A stretch of 64,000 nucleotides of DNA from an uncultured Caulobacterales bacterium (GTDB lineage: Bacteria > Pseudomonadota > Alphaproteobacteria > Caulobacterales > Caulobacteraceae), in contig CAISEP010000001.1 in NCBI GenBank assembly GCA_903884425.1, positions 25,922 to 89,921 on the forward strand. Reading direction: 5' to 3'. The stretch's first letter is position 1, and each line of letters starts with the position of its first letter. The position numbers were made by a program, and so were the translations under genes. Below, in pieces: positions 40,951-50,724 of this stretch. Under the pieces are notes generated by a model that saw only the letters and a list, made by a program, of their open reading frames with translations, made no database searches and was not told the DNA's origin.

Positions 40951-40975
40951 TCCGAACGGATCGGCGATTCCCGGA

Positions 40976-41003
40976 CGGGGCGGTCGAAAGGCCGCCCCGT
41001 TTC
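40976..41003 (+). terminator. Candidate terminator after lon
   Basis: GGGGCGG pairs with CCGCCCC around a loop of about 8 nt, followed by GTTTCG (a weak T-tract). Confidence 0.5.
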
Positions 41004-41150
41004 GCGTCTGTGGGGAAAATCATGCCCCCGTGACCGCGACGGCTCGTGCGATCCGCAGGCGGAGAAACCGCCGGTCCCGGACCGGGGTGCGGATTTGCCC
41101 GGAATCGGCTGTTTTCCTGCCGTTCCGCGGTCGTGTCGGTGTTTTTGCTT

Positions 41151-41180
41151 TTGACGAAGCGGAAAATCCGGTCCCATACT
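41151..41180 (+). promoter_or_regulatory. Candidate sigma70-type promoter for hupB
   Basis: TTGACG (41151-41156), then 17-18 nt, then CCATACT. This rests on the motif match only. Confidence 0.3.
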
Positions 41181-41246
41181 CCGCTTTCTGGCGAAGATTG
41201 ACTCGCGCGACAGGCGCGGCCGCCACGGGTTGGGAGAAGAAAGAAA

Positions 41247-41522
41247 ATGACAACGAAGGCCGAACTGGTGGCGTCGATCGCCGAGAAGTCCGGACTGAAT
41301 CAGAAGCAGGCGAAGGAAGCCCTGGATGCGTTCATCGAGTCCGTCACGGAAGCGGTGAAGGGCGGCCAGGAAGTCCGGATCGTCGGTTTCGGCAGCTTCG
41401 TGCCGGTGGCCCGGGAAGCCGGTACCGCGCGCAACCCGCGCACCGGCGAGACCGTGGCGCGTCCGGCGTCCAAGACCGTGCGCTTCCGCGTCGGCGAGGG
41501 CCTGAAGTCGGCGATCAACTGA
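41247..41522 (+). CDS. hupB: Nucleoid-associated DNA-binding protein HU
   Basis: 91 aa. It reads MTTKAELVASIAEKSGL.QKQAKEALDAFIESV and GFGSF...R.AGTARNPRTGE. Confidence 0.95.
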   Translation: MTTKAELVASIAEKSGLNQKQAKEALDAFIESVTEAVKGGQEVRIVGFGSFVPVAREAGTARNPRTGETVARPASKTVRFRVGEGLKSAIN

Positions 41523-41580
41523 TCCATTGATCACCTGGGACCGGTGGCGCGCAGCCTGTGCGCCGACCGTCCGAAGGGCA

Positions 41581-41610
41581 GGGGGCGATCCGCAGGGTCG
41601 CCCCTTTTCC
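41581..41610 (+). terminator. Rho-independent terminator after hupB
   Basis: GGGGCGA pairs with TCGCCCC around an 8-nt loop, followed by TTTTCCGTT. Confidence 0.75.
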
Positions 41611-41707
41611 GTTCCGGCTCGGCGTCCGTCCGGGTCGGGTGGTTTTGGACTTTTCCTGCCGCGGCGTGGCGTCTATCTGATGTCCGGCATGCCGGGGCCG
41701 GTACTGC

Positions 41708-41784
41708 GGGCGGCTAGCTCAGCTGGTTAGAGCATCTCGTTTACACCGAGAGGGTCGGGGGTTCGAATCCCTCGCCGCCCACCA
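41708..41784 (+). tRNA. tRNA-Val (anticodon TAC)
   Basis: A 77-nt cloverleaf: acceptor GGGCGGC/GCCGCCC, D-arm TAGCTCAGCTGGTTAGAGC, anticodon loop TTTACAC, T-loop GGTTCGAATCC, and an encoded CCA. Confidence 0.93.
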
Positions 41785-41840
41785 TCACCGCCGACTGTGA
41801 CAACAACGGCCTTCGCTGCCCGGTTCGCCTCCGATCCCGT

Positions 41841-42344
41841 TCAGTGGGGAGACTGCGAGGGCTCCGCGGGCTCCGGCGCGCTCGGGGTGACCACCGTGCA
41901 TTGTCCGTTGAACGCGTTCCGGGTCTCATAGGCGGCCCCGGTGTCGCTCTGGTTCGTTGCAGACTGGATGGTCATCGCTCCGGATGTCCGATCAATGCTC
42001 CAGACCTCCGCATCCTGGGTGCCGAGGGCCCGGCGCAGGCGGATGGCGGTCGCCGTGACGGTACAGACGACGCCCTGTCCCGGTCGGGAGCAATAGTCCG
42101 CCCAGACCCGGTCGTCGCCCTTGCGCTCCAGCACTTCGAAGCTGCTCTCGGCGACCTTGAGGATGTAGATGCGCCGGAAGGCTTCTTCCGTCTTCGTGCC
42201 TTTCACCGGATCGATCTGGACCGACCGAACCTCACCCGGACACTTCAGATAGACGGGCTCTGTGCTCCTGGCCGGTTGCGCAGGTCCCGCGATGGCAAGG
42301 GCAGTGATCCAGAGACCCGCGCCGGTCCGCATCCACGCATTCAT
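41841..42344 (-). CDS. Secreted hypothetical protein (167 aa, 4 Cys)
   Basis: The start is at MNAWMRTGAGLWITALAIAGPAQPA (signal peptide). Third positions are G/C-rich. I recognise no family. Confidence 0.55.
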   Translation of the reverse strand: MNAWMRTGAGLWITALAIAGPAQPARSTEPVYLKCPGEVRSVQIDPVKGTKTEEAFRRIYILKVAESSFEVLERKGDDRVWADYCSRPGQGVVCTVTATAIRLRRALGTQDAEVWSIDRTSGAMTIQSATNQSDTGAAYETRNAFNGQCTVVTPSAPEPAEPSQSPH

Positions 42345-42435
42345 CCCTGTCTTCCTCTTTTCCGCATCCGTTCCATCCGGCGAAGCGCTCTGGCCGCAGG
42401 CTGGTACCGGATAGTCCACCGCCTGACCCCGTTTG

Positions 42436-43335
42436 TCAGCGATTATCGGACAGGGGATGCGGCGGCGGCTGATCGTCGGGCCGGGGCGGTGCCGGGTCCG
42501 GCCGTCCGCGATCGGTCCCGTTGCCCAACCGGTCCTGGATGGGTGTGTGCGGCAGCTCGTCAAGCCGCAGATATCCCCGGCCGACGGGGTCAAGCGCGTC
42601 GAACCGGCGGCCGACGGCGGCGAGAAACTCCGCCAGCGTGATGCGGCCGTTGAACTCCGTGTCGGCCGACGCCACCGGCTCTGCCTCTCCGGTCAGGTTG
42701 AACCAGGCAGCACCCTGCGGGTGATCCACGGTCGCGTGGCTGGGCTGGCTGGGCGCGGTGCCGCTGCTGCCCTTGGAGCCACCGCCGCCACGCCCACCCC
42801 CGCGTCCGCCACCGCCACCGCCGTGACCGCCGCCGCGCCCGCCGTGTCCGCCGCTGTCGCCGCCGTCCGGGGACTTTCCTGCGGCGTCCCGCGGGGCTGC
42901 GGCACTGGGTTCGAAGCCCTGGACGATCTCCGGCGCGATCTGGCGCTCGTAGAGACTGACCTCGAAGCCGTCGACGACCCCGTCGTGGTCGGCGTCCAGC
43001 ACCTGGAAGAAGGCCGTGGCATCGGCCAGGACTTCCGCCCGGGTCAGGTGGCCGTCATGGGCAGTATTGGCGGCGGCAAACCACGCTGCGACGGGATAGG
43101 GCTCTCCGCGACGGGCGCGAAAGGGCTGGCCGGCCGGGCTGATGAACAGGCTCCAGTATCCGCCGGAGGTCAGGTGCCGGTCGCCATGGCCGAAATGTTC
43201 GCCGTCCGGACGCTCGCCCCGCGCAGCGGAAGGCTCGGAGGGCGGTGCGGAGGCGCAGGCGGCCAGTGCCACTGCGGCGACCCCGCAGACGAGGAGGAGA
43301 CGGGGGCGGGCGGTTCGGGTCAGGTCTCTCAGCAT
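42436..43335 (-). CDS. EF-hand calcium-binding lipoprotein with a central Gly/Arg/His-rich repeat
   Basis: The start is at MLRDLTRTARPRLLLVCGVAAVALAACAS (lipobox). The canonical EF loops are DADHDGVVDGFE and DTEFNGRITLAE, with two degenerate loops as well. The linker reads GGHGGRGGGHGGGGGGRGGGRGGGGS. Confidence 0.75.
   Translation of the reverse strand: MLRDLTRTARPRLLLVCGVAAVALAACASAPPSEPSAARGERPDGEHFGHGDRHLTSGGYWSLFISPAGQPFRARRGEPYPVAAWFAAANTAHDGHLTRAEVLADATAFFQVLDADHDGVVDGFEVSLYERQIAPEIVQGFEPSAAAPRDAAGKSPDGGDSGGHGGRGGGHGGGGGGRGGGRGGGGSKGSSGTAPSQPSHATVDHPQGAAWFNLTGEAEPVASADTEFNGRITLAEFLAAVGRRFDALDPVGRGYLRLDELPHTPIQDRLGNGTDRGRPDPAPPRPDDQPPPHPLSDNR
42776..42868 (-). repeat. Low-complexity (GGN)n coding tract inside the EF-hand lipoprotein gene
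   Basis: The plus strand reads gagccaccgccgccacgcccacccccgcgtccgccaccgccaccgccgtgaccgccgccgcgcccgccgtgtccgcc. This encodes the Gly/Arg/His run. Confidence 0.8.
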
Positions 43336-43462
43336 CCGGTTTCCACACTGGCCGCGTTCAGGGCGGGATCGATCGGACGTCACCGCGCCCACCGATTCTC
43401 TACACCCGACGGTCGGGCAGATGATTTCAGCTCTGCAGGATAGGCCCGGCGCGGGCAGCGGT

Positions 43463-44230
43463 TCAGGCGGCGGTATAGCCGCCGTCGATGACGAGTTCGG
43501 ACCCGGTCATGAAGCTGGACTCGTCGGAGGCCAGGAACACCACGCCGTCGCCGATCTCGCGGGGGACGCCCAGGCGGCCCAGGGCATGGCGGGAGATCAG
43601 CATCTCCTTCATCTCGTTGCCGTTCTCCGAGGCCAGCAGGCTGTTGGCGACCATCGGCGTCTCGATGAAGCCCGGATGCACCGAATTCACCCGGATGCCC
43701 AGGGGCGCAAGCTCCAGCGCGGTTGCCTTGGTCAGCAGCCGCACCCCGCCCTTGGCGGCGCAGTAGGCGGTGGCCCCGGGAAAGCCGACCAGGCCGAGGA
43801 TCGAGGAGATGTTGATGATCGACCCGCCCCCCGTCGCCGCCATCTCCGGCGCCACGGCGCGCATGCCCAGATAGACCCCGTCGAGATTGACGCCGAGCAC
43901 CTTGCGCCAGCCGGCAAGCGTGCTCTCCAGAAAGGGCTCGCCCTCGCCGATCCCGGCATTGTTGACCAGCACGTCGATGCGGCCGAATGCGTCCCGCGTT
44001 CCCGCCACCACCCGTGCCCAGGCGGCCTCGTCGGTGACGTCATGGGCCATGAAGCGGGCCCGGCCGCCCGCGCCGGCGATCTCGTCCGCCAGGGTCTGGC
44101 CGGCATCGGCGGCAAGGTCGGTGAGGACCACGCAGGCCCCTTCCTTTGCCAGCCGCCGCGCACTCTCCGCCCCCAGCCCGGAGGCACCGCCGGTGATGAT
44201 CGCGACCTTGCCTGCTACCCGTCCCGTCAT
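43463..44230 (-). CDS. SDR family oxidoreductase (classical short-chain dehydrogenase)
   Basis: The start is at MTGRVAGKVAIITGGASGLG. NNAG is present and the catalytic motif is YCAAK. Confidence 0.9.
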   Translation of the reverse strand: MTGRVAGKVAIITGGASGLGAESARRLAKEGACVVLTDLAADAGQTLADEIAGAGGRARFMAHDVTDEAAWARVVAGTRDAFGRIDVLVNNAGIGEGEPFLESTLAGWRKVLGVNLDGVYLGMRAVAPEMAATGGGSIINISSILGLVGFPGATAYCAAKGGVRLLTKATALELAPLGIRVNSVHPGFIETPMVANSLLASENGNEMKEMLISRHALGRLGVPREIGDGVVFLASDESSFMTGSELVIDGGYTAA

Positions 44231-44291
44231 GTCGTCTGTCCGTTTCGATGCTGTTTGAGAGGGGTGCTGGGGGGGCTGCCGGTCGTCGTCG

Positions 44292-45173
44292 TCACTCCAC
44301 GCCGGGCTTCCAGACGAAGCCGTCCCCCTGGGCGACCACGTGTCCGACACCGGGGAAGGGGAAGTGGGGGGTGAAGACCCGCTCGCCGCTCCGGGCGAGT
44401 CGGCTCAGCTCCGCATGCCGGGTGGTCCTGCCGAGCACCTTGTCGCTGTCGAATCCCATGGCCCAGTCCGGCCGGGCCAGGGACACCACCGAGGAGTGGA
44501 CCATGTCGCCCACATCCAGCAGCCGCGCCTCGCCGGAGCGCACCTCATACCCGGAATGACCCGGTGTGTGGCCGTCCAGGGCCACTGCGGTGATGCCGGG
44601 GGCCAGTTCGGCCCCGAGTTCGAAGGGGGTGACTCGGGGCTCGATCAGGGCCACCAGGGCGGCATTCTGCGGTTGGGACCGCATCCACGCCCATTCCCTT
44701 GTGGACATCCGCACCGTGGCATTCGGGAAGGTGAGCGTCCTGGCCGCGGTCATCAGCCCGGACACATGGTCGTAATGCGAATGGGTGATCAGCACATCGG
44801 TCACCTGTGCCGGTGCGAAGCCCGCGAGCTTCAGGCTGGCGACCAGCTGATTGGTCGCCAGCGGCCCGAGACCGGTGTCCATGAGCACCAGCCGGTCGCC
44901 GGTCTTCACCAGAAGGGCGTCGATATCCACGGGTATCCGGTCGGTGGGCCGCCCGGCCGCGGCCAGGACCCGGGAGACCTCCGCCGGATCCACGTCGGCA
45001 CCGAAGGTCTTGCCGTCATTGGCGATGGCGAAGTCGGCATCCCGCAGGCTCCAGGCCTGCAGCTGGCCGATCCTGAAGGCCACGGCGGCCGGGGGGCGGG
45101 GCGGGTCGGCGGCCAGGGCCGGGGCGGCAAGGACCAGCATCGCCGCGAGCGCGACTGGTAGCTTGAATGTCAT
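44292..45173 (-). CDS. Periplasmic MBL-fold metallo-hydrolase
   Basis: The start is at MTFKLPVALAAMLVLAAPALAA (signal peptide). The metal motif reads ITHSHYDHVSG, with a later GHTPGH. Confidence 0.88.
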   Translation of the reverse strand: MTFKLPVALAAMLVLAAPALAADPPRPPAAVAFRIGQLQAWSLRDADFAIANDGKTFGADVDPAEVSRVLAAAGRPTDRIPVDIDALLVKTGDRLVLMDTGLGPLATNQLVASLKLAGFAPAQVTDVLITHSHYDHVSGLMTAARTLTFPNATVRMSTREWAWMRSQPQNAALVALIEPRVTPFELGAELAPGITAVALDGHTPGHSGYEVRSGEARLLDVGDMVHSSVVSLARPDWAMGFDSDKVLGRTTRHAELSRLARSGERVFTPHFPFPGVGHVVAQGDGFVWKPGVE

Positions 45174-45389
45174 GGCAGGTCCCCTTGTCCGCCCCTCTCC
45201 GGAAGGACAGATCGGCAGCCTGTCCCCGGAGGAAGAGTGGCGGATCGGCGGGCAATGTCCACATGTCTCCCGTCGTTTTCGACCGGACAGACGCAGGCGG
45301 ACCCTCGGGGGCCGCGCAGGGCCGCTGAAGGCGCAGGCCCGCGAGGGCGCGTGACGCACCCTGCAAGCTTTTGAATTTTCTAGAAAGAG

Positions 45390-45466
45390 TGGCGCGAGAG
45401 ACGGGACTTGAACCCGCGACCCCCGGCGTGACAGGCCGGTACTCTAACCAACTGAGCTACTCCCGC
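45390..45466 (-). tRNA. tRNA-Asp (anticodon GTC)
   Basis: The reverse complement reads GCGGGAGTAGCTCAGTTGGTTAGAGTACCGGCCTGTCACGCCGGGGGTCGCGGGTTCAAGTCCCGTCTCTCGCGCCA. It forms a cloverleaf with one G-U pair in the acceptor stem. Confidence 0.92.
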
Positions 45467-45505
45467 GCATCCCGACGCGCGACAGTGCCGCCCGGCGAGG
45501 CGCGT

Positions 45506-45535
45506 GACATAGCTGCACGTCGGATTGCCTGTCAA
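45506..45535 (-). promoter_or_regulatory. Candidate sigma70-type promoter of tRNA-Asp
   Basis: On the minus strand: TTGACA (comp. 45530-45535), then 18 nt, then TATGTC (comp. 45506-45511). It lies about 40 nt upstream of the mature tRNA 5' end. Confidence 0.4.
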
Positions 45536-45620
45536 GCGATATGGGAAGACGATCTGGCGATGACGGAAAATAGCGCCTAACAATGGGGTCTGACCCCACC
45601 CAAGGCCCGAGGCGAACGCG

Positions 45621-46313
45621 ATGTTTGAAATCGGATTCCTGCTGTTTCCCGGCCTGACCCAGCTGGACATGACCGGTCCCGCCCAGGTGTTGAGCCGCAT
45701 GAGCGATGCCCGGGTGAATTTCGTCGCGAAAAGCCTCGATCCGGTGCCCAGCGACTGCGGCCTGTCCCTGGTGCCCACCTGCACCTTCGAGACGGCCCCG
45801 GCGCTGGACCTCTTGTGCGTCCCCGGCGGCATGGGAGTCGATTCGGTGATGGCGGACCCGGAGAGCCTGGATTTCGTCCGGCGGGCGGGGCAGGGGGCGC
45901 AGTTCGTCACCTCGGTCTGCACCGGGTCGCTGGTGCTGGGGGCGGCGGGGCTGCTGGTGGGCTACCGGGCGGCCTGCCACTGGGCGTGGCGGGACCTGCT
46001 GCCCCTGTTCGGAGCCTCGCCCTGCGACGAGCGGGTGGTGATCGACCGCAACCGCATCACCGGCGGCGGGGTCACGGCCGGGATCGACTTCGCCTTCAAG
46101 GTCATAGAGCAGCTGCGCAGCCTGGAGGAGGCGGAGCGGCTGCGGCTCGCCCTCGAATACGACCCCCAGCCCATCGGCATGGGCGGCACGCCCTCCACGG
46201 TCAGTGCCGGCGTGCTGCATGCGGTGCGCCTGCGCTATGATGCCATGGGCATGGGCACGCGGCGGGAGGCCATCACCCAGCATGCCCACAGCCTCGGCCT
46301 TGTGCAGCAGTGA
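45621..46313 (+). CDS. DJ-1/PfpI family protein (class I glutamine amidotransferase-like fold)
   Basis: 230 aa. It reads [14 protein letters not shown] with the nucleophile elbow SVCTGSLVL and a following HW. Confidence 0.87.
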   Translation: MFEIGFLLFPGLTQLDMTGPAQVLSRMSDARVNFVAKSLDPVPSDCGLSLVPTCTFETAPALDLLCVPGGMGVDSVMADPESLDFVRRAGQGAQFVTSVCTGSLVLGAAGLLVGYRAACHWAWRDLLPLFGASPCDERVVIDRNRITGGGVTAGIDFAFKVIEQLRSLEEAERLRLALEYDPQPIGMGGTPSTVSAGVLHAVRLRYDAMGMGTRREAITQHAHSLGLVQQ

Positions 46314-46395
46314 ACCACATTTTCCCGAGATCGGCCTTGGAGGCACGGCCGTCCTTGGGCTACAAGCCAGCACGAGTCCGCTGACAGAGGGCGTG

Positions 46396-46773
46396 ATGAA
46401 CGCATTCCTTTTGCAATACCTGCCGATCCTGGTGTTCCTGGCCGTGGCCGTGGTGCTGGGCGCGCTGTTCATCGTCGGGGCCTGGGCACTCGCGCCCAAG
46501 CATCCCGATCCGGAAAAGATCTCCGCCTACGAGTGCGGCTTCAACGCCTTCGAGGATGCGCGGATGAAGTTCGACGTGCGCTTCTATCTGGTGGCGATCC
46601 TGTTCATCATCTTCGACCTGGAGGTGGCGTTCCTGTTCCCCTGGGCCGTCAGCCTGATGAAGCTGCCGCACGCGACGGGGCTGTTTGCCTTCTGGTCCAT
46701 GCTGGGTTTCCTGGGCGTGCTGACGGTGGGCTTCATCTACGAATGGAAGAAGGGGGCCCTGGAATGGGAGTGA
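46396..46773 (+). CDS. nuoA: NADH-quinone oxidoreductase subunit A
   Basis: The start is at [15 protein letters not shown]. It reads YECGF and [11 protein letters not shown]. Confidence 0.95.
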   Translation: MNAFLLQYLPILVFLAVAVVLGALFIVGAWALAPKHPDPEKISAYECGFNAFEDARMKFDVRFYLVAILFIIFDLEVAFLFPWAVSLMKLPHATGLFAFWSMLGFLGVLTVGFIYEWKKGALEWE

Positions 46774-47387
46774 CCACGGGCGACCAGACGGGCGGGATTG
46801 CGGGCGGCGCGCTGGTCGGTGCCACCTCGTCCCTGATCGTGCCGGCGGGTGCCGGGGCGCGGGCCGGGGTCGAGGGCTATGATCCCAAGCTGCACGACCC
46901 CTATTTCGACAAGCTGAACGGCGTCCTCGCCGATCGCGGCTATGTGGTCGCGGCTCTGGAGGACGTGGTGAACTGGGCGCGGACCGGGTCCCTGATGTGG
47001 ATGACCTTCGGGCTCGCCTGCTGCGCCGTGGAGATGATGCAGGCCTCCATGCCGCGCTATGACCTGGAGCGGTTCGGCTTCGCCCCCCGGGCCAGCCCGC
47101 GGCAGTCGGACGTGATGATCGTGGCCGGCACCCTGACCAACAAGATGGCCCCGGCGCTGCGCAAGGTCTACGACCAGATGCCGGAGCCGCGCTACGTCAT
47201 CTCCATGGGCAGCTGCGCCAATGGCGGCGGCTATTACCACTACAGCTACGCCGTGGTGCGGGGCTGCGACCGGATCGTGCCGGTGGACGTCTATGTCCCG
47301 GGCTGCCCGCCGACGGCGGAAGCCCTGGTCTATGGTGTGCTGCAACTGCAGAAGAAGATCCGCCGCACCGGCACGGTCGAGCGCTAG
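46764..47387 (+). CDS. nuoB: NADH-quinone oxidoreductase subunit B
   Basis: ATG 46764 overlaps the end of nuoA. It reads [22 protein letters not shown] and GCPP. Confidence 0.95.
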   Translation: MGVTTGDQTGGIAGGALVGATSSLIVPAGAGARAGVEGYDPKLHDPYFDKLNGVLADRGYVVAALEDVVNWARTGSLMWMTFGLACCAVEMMQASMPRYDLERFGFAPRASPRQSDVMIVAGTLTNKMAPALRKVYDQMPEPRYVISMGSCANGGGYYHYSYAVVRGCDRIVPVDVYVPGCPPTAEALVYGVLQLQKKIRRTGTVER

Positions 47388-47402
47388 GGGAGACGAGGGA
47401 CC

Positions 47403-48008
47403 ATGTCCAGCAAGGCCCTGGAAGATCTCGGTCAGGCGATCCTCGATCGCTCGGGCGGTCGCGCGCAGCGGTTCGACGTCGCCTGCGAGGAACTGACGGT
47501 GCACACCACCGTCGAGCATGTGGTGGAGCTGCTCCGCCTGCTGCGGGACGACGCCACCTTCCGCTTCAACCAGCTCACCGACCTGTGCGGCGTCGACTAT
47601 CCGGAGCGACCGCTGCGCTTCGACGTGGTCTATCAGCTGATCTCCTACGCCCGGAACGTCCGCCTGCGGGTGAAGCTGCAGACCGACGAGGACACCCCCG
47701 TCCCGTCGGTGACGCCGGTTCACCCCTGCGCCGACTGGTTCGAGCGCGAGACCTTCGACATGTACGGCGTGTTCTTCTCCGGACATCCCGATCTTCGCCG
47801 GATCCTCACGGACTACGGCTTCCACGGACATCCCCTGCGCAAGGACTTCCCGATGACGGGCTATGTCGAGGTGCGCTGGGACGACGAGCTCAAGCGCGTG
47901 GTCTATGAACCGGTGAAGCTGGTTCAGGAGTACCGGGCCTTCGATTTCCTGTCGCCGTGGGAGGGGGCCCAGTATGTCCTTCCCGGAGACGAAAAAGCCG
48001 GGGGGTAG
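47403..48008 (+). CDS. nuoC: NADH-quinone oxidoreductase subunit C
   Basis: 201 aa. It reads [38 protein letters not shown]. Confidence 0.96.
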   Translation: MSSKALEDLGQAILDRSGGRAQRFDVACEELTVHTTVEHVVELLRLLRDDATFRFNQLTDLCGVDYPERPLRFDVVYQLISYARNVRLRVKLQTDEDTPVPSVTPVHPCADWFERETFDMYGVFFSGHPDLRRILTDYGFHGHPLRKDFPMTGYVEVRWDDELKRVVYEPVKLVQEYRAFDFLSPWEGAQYVLPGDEKAGG

Positions 48009-48011
48009 GGG

Positions 48012-48449
48012 ATGTTCATGACCAGACAGGCATTGCGATCCGCGACGGCCTTCTTTCTGCTGACGTTCTCCACGGCCTTTCTGATGACCATCGGGATCCG
48101 GCTCACCGGCTGGTTCACGCGGGCGCCGGAAGTGTCGCAGGTGGCGACCCAGGACCTAGGCATCGCCATCATGGTCGGTGTGGTGGCCCTGGCCGTCGGC
48201 TCGACCATCCGGCGGATGGATGCGGTGGAACTGCGCAGCGCCCTGATCGGGGCGTCCTCCGTCCTGCTGGCCATCCCCACCTCCTATGCGGCGATCAATC
48301 ACAAGTGGGACGTGTCGACCTTTGTCGTGGTGAGCTTCGGCGTGGTGCTGCTTCTGGCAGGCCTGCTGGTGGCCCTGACCACCCGCAGCGAGGCGGAGAG
48401 CGACTTGATCCGGAAATATGAAGCGGAGCAGACCCTCAATGGCCAGTGA
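48012..48449 (+). CDS. Unassigned membrane protein (URF) between nuoC and nuoD
   Basis: 145 aa with about 4 hydrophobic helices. It starts 3 nt after the nuoC stop, and the nuoD ATG overlaps its own stop. Its GC content is slightly lower than the flanks. I recognise no family. Confidence 0.6.
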   Translation: MFMTRQALRSATAFFLLTFSTAFLMTIGIRLTGWFTRAPEVSQVATQDLGIAIMVGVVALAVGSTIRRMDAVELRSALIGASSVLLAIPTSYAAINHKWDVSTFVVVSFGVVLLLAGLLVALTTRSEAESDLIRKYEAEQTLNGQ

Positions 48450-49683
48450 CACTCCGGCCGTCGCCGACCCCGCGGTCGGCAATGTGATCAGCGCGGACGG
48501 GGAGGAAACCCGCCTGCGCAAGTTCAACATCAACTTCGGCCCCCAGCATCCGGCGGCCCACGGCGTGCTGCGCCTGGTGCTGGAGCTGGACGGGGAAGTG
48601 GTGGAGCGGGTCGATCCGCACATCGGCCTGCTGCACCGCGGCACCGAAAAGCTGATGGAAGCCAGGACCTACCTGCAGAACACCCCGTATTTCGACCGCC
48701 TCGACTATGTGGCGCCGATGAACCAGGAGCACGCCTTCGTGCTGGCCATCGAGAAGCTGGCCGGGATCGAGGTGCCCTATCGCGGCCAGGTGATCCGGGT
48801 CCTGTTCGACGAGATCGGCCGTATCCAGAGCCATCTGCTGAACGTCACCACCCAGGCCATGGACGTGGGCGCCCTGACCCCGCCGCTGTGGGGCTTCGAG
48901 GAGCGGGAAAAGCTCTGCATCTTCTATGAGCGGGCGTCCGGCGCGCGCTTCCATGCCAACTACTACCGGCCGGGCGGGGTCCATCAGGACCTGCCGCCGG
49001 ACCTGATCGTCGACATCCGCCGCTGGTGCGCGGAATTCCCGCGCTTGCTGGACGACATCGACAACCTGATCACCCCGAACCGGATCTTCAAGCAGCGCAA
49101 CGTCGACATCGGCGTGGTGACCAAGGAAGAGGCCTATGCCTGGGGCTTCACCGGCGTCATGCTGCGGGGCTCGGGCATTGCCTGGGACCTGCGCAAGGCC
49201 CAGCCCTACGAGATCTATGCCGACCTCGACTTCGACATTCCCTTGGGCAAGAACGGCGACTGCTACGACCGCTATCTCGTCCGGATGGAGGAGATGCGCC
49301 AGTCAGTAAAGATCATGAACCAGTGCCTGGACCTGCTGGACAAGCACAAGGGTCCGGTCCTGCTGGAGAATTCCAAGTACACGCCGCCGCGCCGGGGTGA
49401 GATGAAGCGTTCCATGGAAGCGCTGATCCACCACTTCAAGCTCTATACCGAGGGCTTCCACGTGCCCGCGGGCGAGGTCTACACCGCGGTGGAGGCCCCC
49501 AAGGGCGAGTTCGGCGTCTATCTGGTGGGGGACGGGACCAACAAGCCCTATCGCTGCAAGATTCGGGCGCCGGGCTATTCCCACCTGCAGGCCCTGGACT
49601 GGATGGCGCGCGGGCACATGCTGGCGGACGTGTCCGCCGTGCTGGGCTCCCTCGACATCGTGTTCGGAGAGGTCGACCGGTGA
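48439..49683 (+). CDS. nuoD: NADH-quinone oxidoreductase subunit D
   Basis: The start is at MASDTPAV. It reads [22 protein letters not shown] and HRGTEKL. Confidence 0.96.
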   Translation: MASDTPAVADPAVGNVISADGEETRLRKFNINFGPQHPAAHGVLRLVLELDGEVVERVDPHIGLLHRGTEKLMEARTYLQNTPYFDRLDYVAPMNQEHAFVLAIEKLAGIEVPYRGQVIRVLFDEIGRIQSHLLNVTTQAMDVGALTPPLWGFEEREKLCIFYERASGARFHANYYRPGGVHQDLPPDLIVDIRRWCAEFPRLLDDIDNLITPNRIFKQRNVDIGVVTKEEAYAWGFTGVMLRGSGIAWDLRKAQPYEIYADLDFDIPLGKNGDCYDRYLVRMEEMRQSVKIMNQCLDLLDKHKGPVLLENSKYTPPRRGEMKRSMEALIHHFKLYTEGFHVPAGEVYTAVEAPKGEFGVYLVGDGTNKPYRCKIRAPGYSHLQALDWMARGHMLADVSAVLGSLDIVFGEVDR

Positions 49684-50060
49684 ACCCGGTTCTCGGCGGG
49701 ATCGCGCTCACCCTGGTGTCGGTGTCGGTCCTCGGACTGATGACGATGATCCGCTGGTGGCTGGCCCGTTCCCACTGGGACCATCATCCGTCGGGCCGGA
49801 AGGGCTATCTGAACGACGTCATCCTGATGACGGCCACCTTTGTCCCGATGATCCTGGCCGGTCTGATCCTGCGCATCGAGATGTTGTCCGGCCAGATGGC
49901 AGCGCTCATGCCCTATCTCTACGGTGGCCTTCTGGCCGCCTTTGCCATTCGCGTCGTCCTGCGGCGCATTCCGCCCTTTGGCCCCGCCAACCAGCGTCTG
50001 ACCGACAGCCGGATGGCGGCGCTGGCCGCCAAGGCCTCCAACTCGAAGAAAGTCGACTGA
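49680..50060 (+). CDS. Unassigned membrane protein (URF) between nuoD and nuoE
   Basis: 126 aa with about 3 hydrophobic helices. Its start overlaps the nuoD stop as GTGA, and it ends 1 nt before the nuoE ATG. Third positions are G/C-rich. Confidence 0.6.
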   Translation: MNPVLGGIALTLVSVSVLGLMTMIRWWLARSHWDHHPSGRKGYLNDVILMTATFVPMILAGLILRIEMLSGQMAALMPYLYGGLLAAFAIRVVLRRIPPFGPANQRLTDSRMAALAAKASNSKKVD

Positions 50061-50061
50061 C

Positions 50062-50724
50062 ATGTCCGTCCGCCGTCTCAGTGCCCAGCAACCCGACAGC
50101 TTCGCCTTTTCCGACGAGACCCTGGAAAAGGCCCGCTGGTGGATGACCAAGTACCCGCCGGAGCGCAAGGCCTCGGCGGTGATCCCGATCCTGTGGCTGG
50201 TGCAGAAGCAGGAGGGCTGGGTGTCGGAGCCTGCCATCCGCGCCATTGGCGAGCTTCTGGGCATGCCGAAGATCCGGGTGCTGGAGGTGGCGACTTTCTA
50301 CACCATGTTCCAGCTGGAGCCGGTGGGGTCGGCGGCCCTGATCCAGGTGTGCGGCACGACGCCCTGCATGCTGCGCGGCTCGGAGGCGCTGATGGAGCTC
50401 TGCCGCAGCGAGATCGGCCCCAAGGACAAGCTGTCCGCCGACGGCAAGTTCACCTGGCAGGAGGTGGAGTGCCTGGGGGCCTGTGCCAATGCGCCCATGG
50501 CCCAGATCAACGACTACTATTACGAGGACCTGACGCCTGACAGCCTCAAGGCCATCATCGAGGCCTTCCGCGCCGGGGAGACCCCGAAGGCCGGGTCCGC
50601 CATCGGCCGGCATTCGTCGGAACCGGCGGAGGGGGCCCTGACCCTCACCGACCCCAGCCTCTATGACGGCAGCCGGGCCGTGCCGATCACCAGCCTGCCC
50701 AACGCCCGGGAACCCGCCGTCTGA
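50062..50724 (+). CDS. nuoE: NADH-quinone oxidoreductase subunit E
   Basis: 220 aa. The 2Fe-2S ligand blocks are VCGTTPCMLRG and CLGAC. It has a C-terminal extension. Confidence 0.95.
   Translation: MSVRRLSAQQPDSFAFSDETLEKARWWMTKYPPERKASAVIPILWLVQKQEGWVSEPAIRAIGELLGMPKIRVLEVATFYTMFQLEPVGSAALIQVCGTTPCMLRGSEALMELCRSEIGPKDKLSADGKFTWQEVECLGACANAPMAQINDYYYEDLTPDSLKAIIEAFRAGETPKAGSAIGRHSSEPAEGALTLTDPSLYDGSRAVPITSLPNAREPAV

Noticed and set aside
41708-45466. Possible genomic island integrated at tRNA-Val or tRNA-Asp.
   Set aside because: There is no integrase, excisionase or mobility gene. I could not find a direct repeat of either tRNA 3' end in the interval. There is no obvious compositional break apart from a short AT-rich palindrome (TTTCTAGAAA, about 45377-45386) next to tRNA-Asp.
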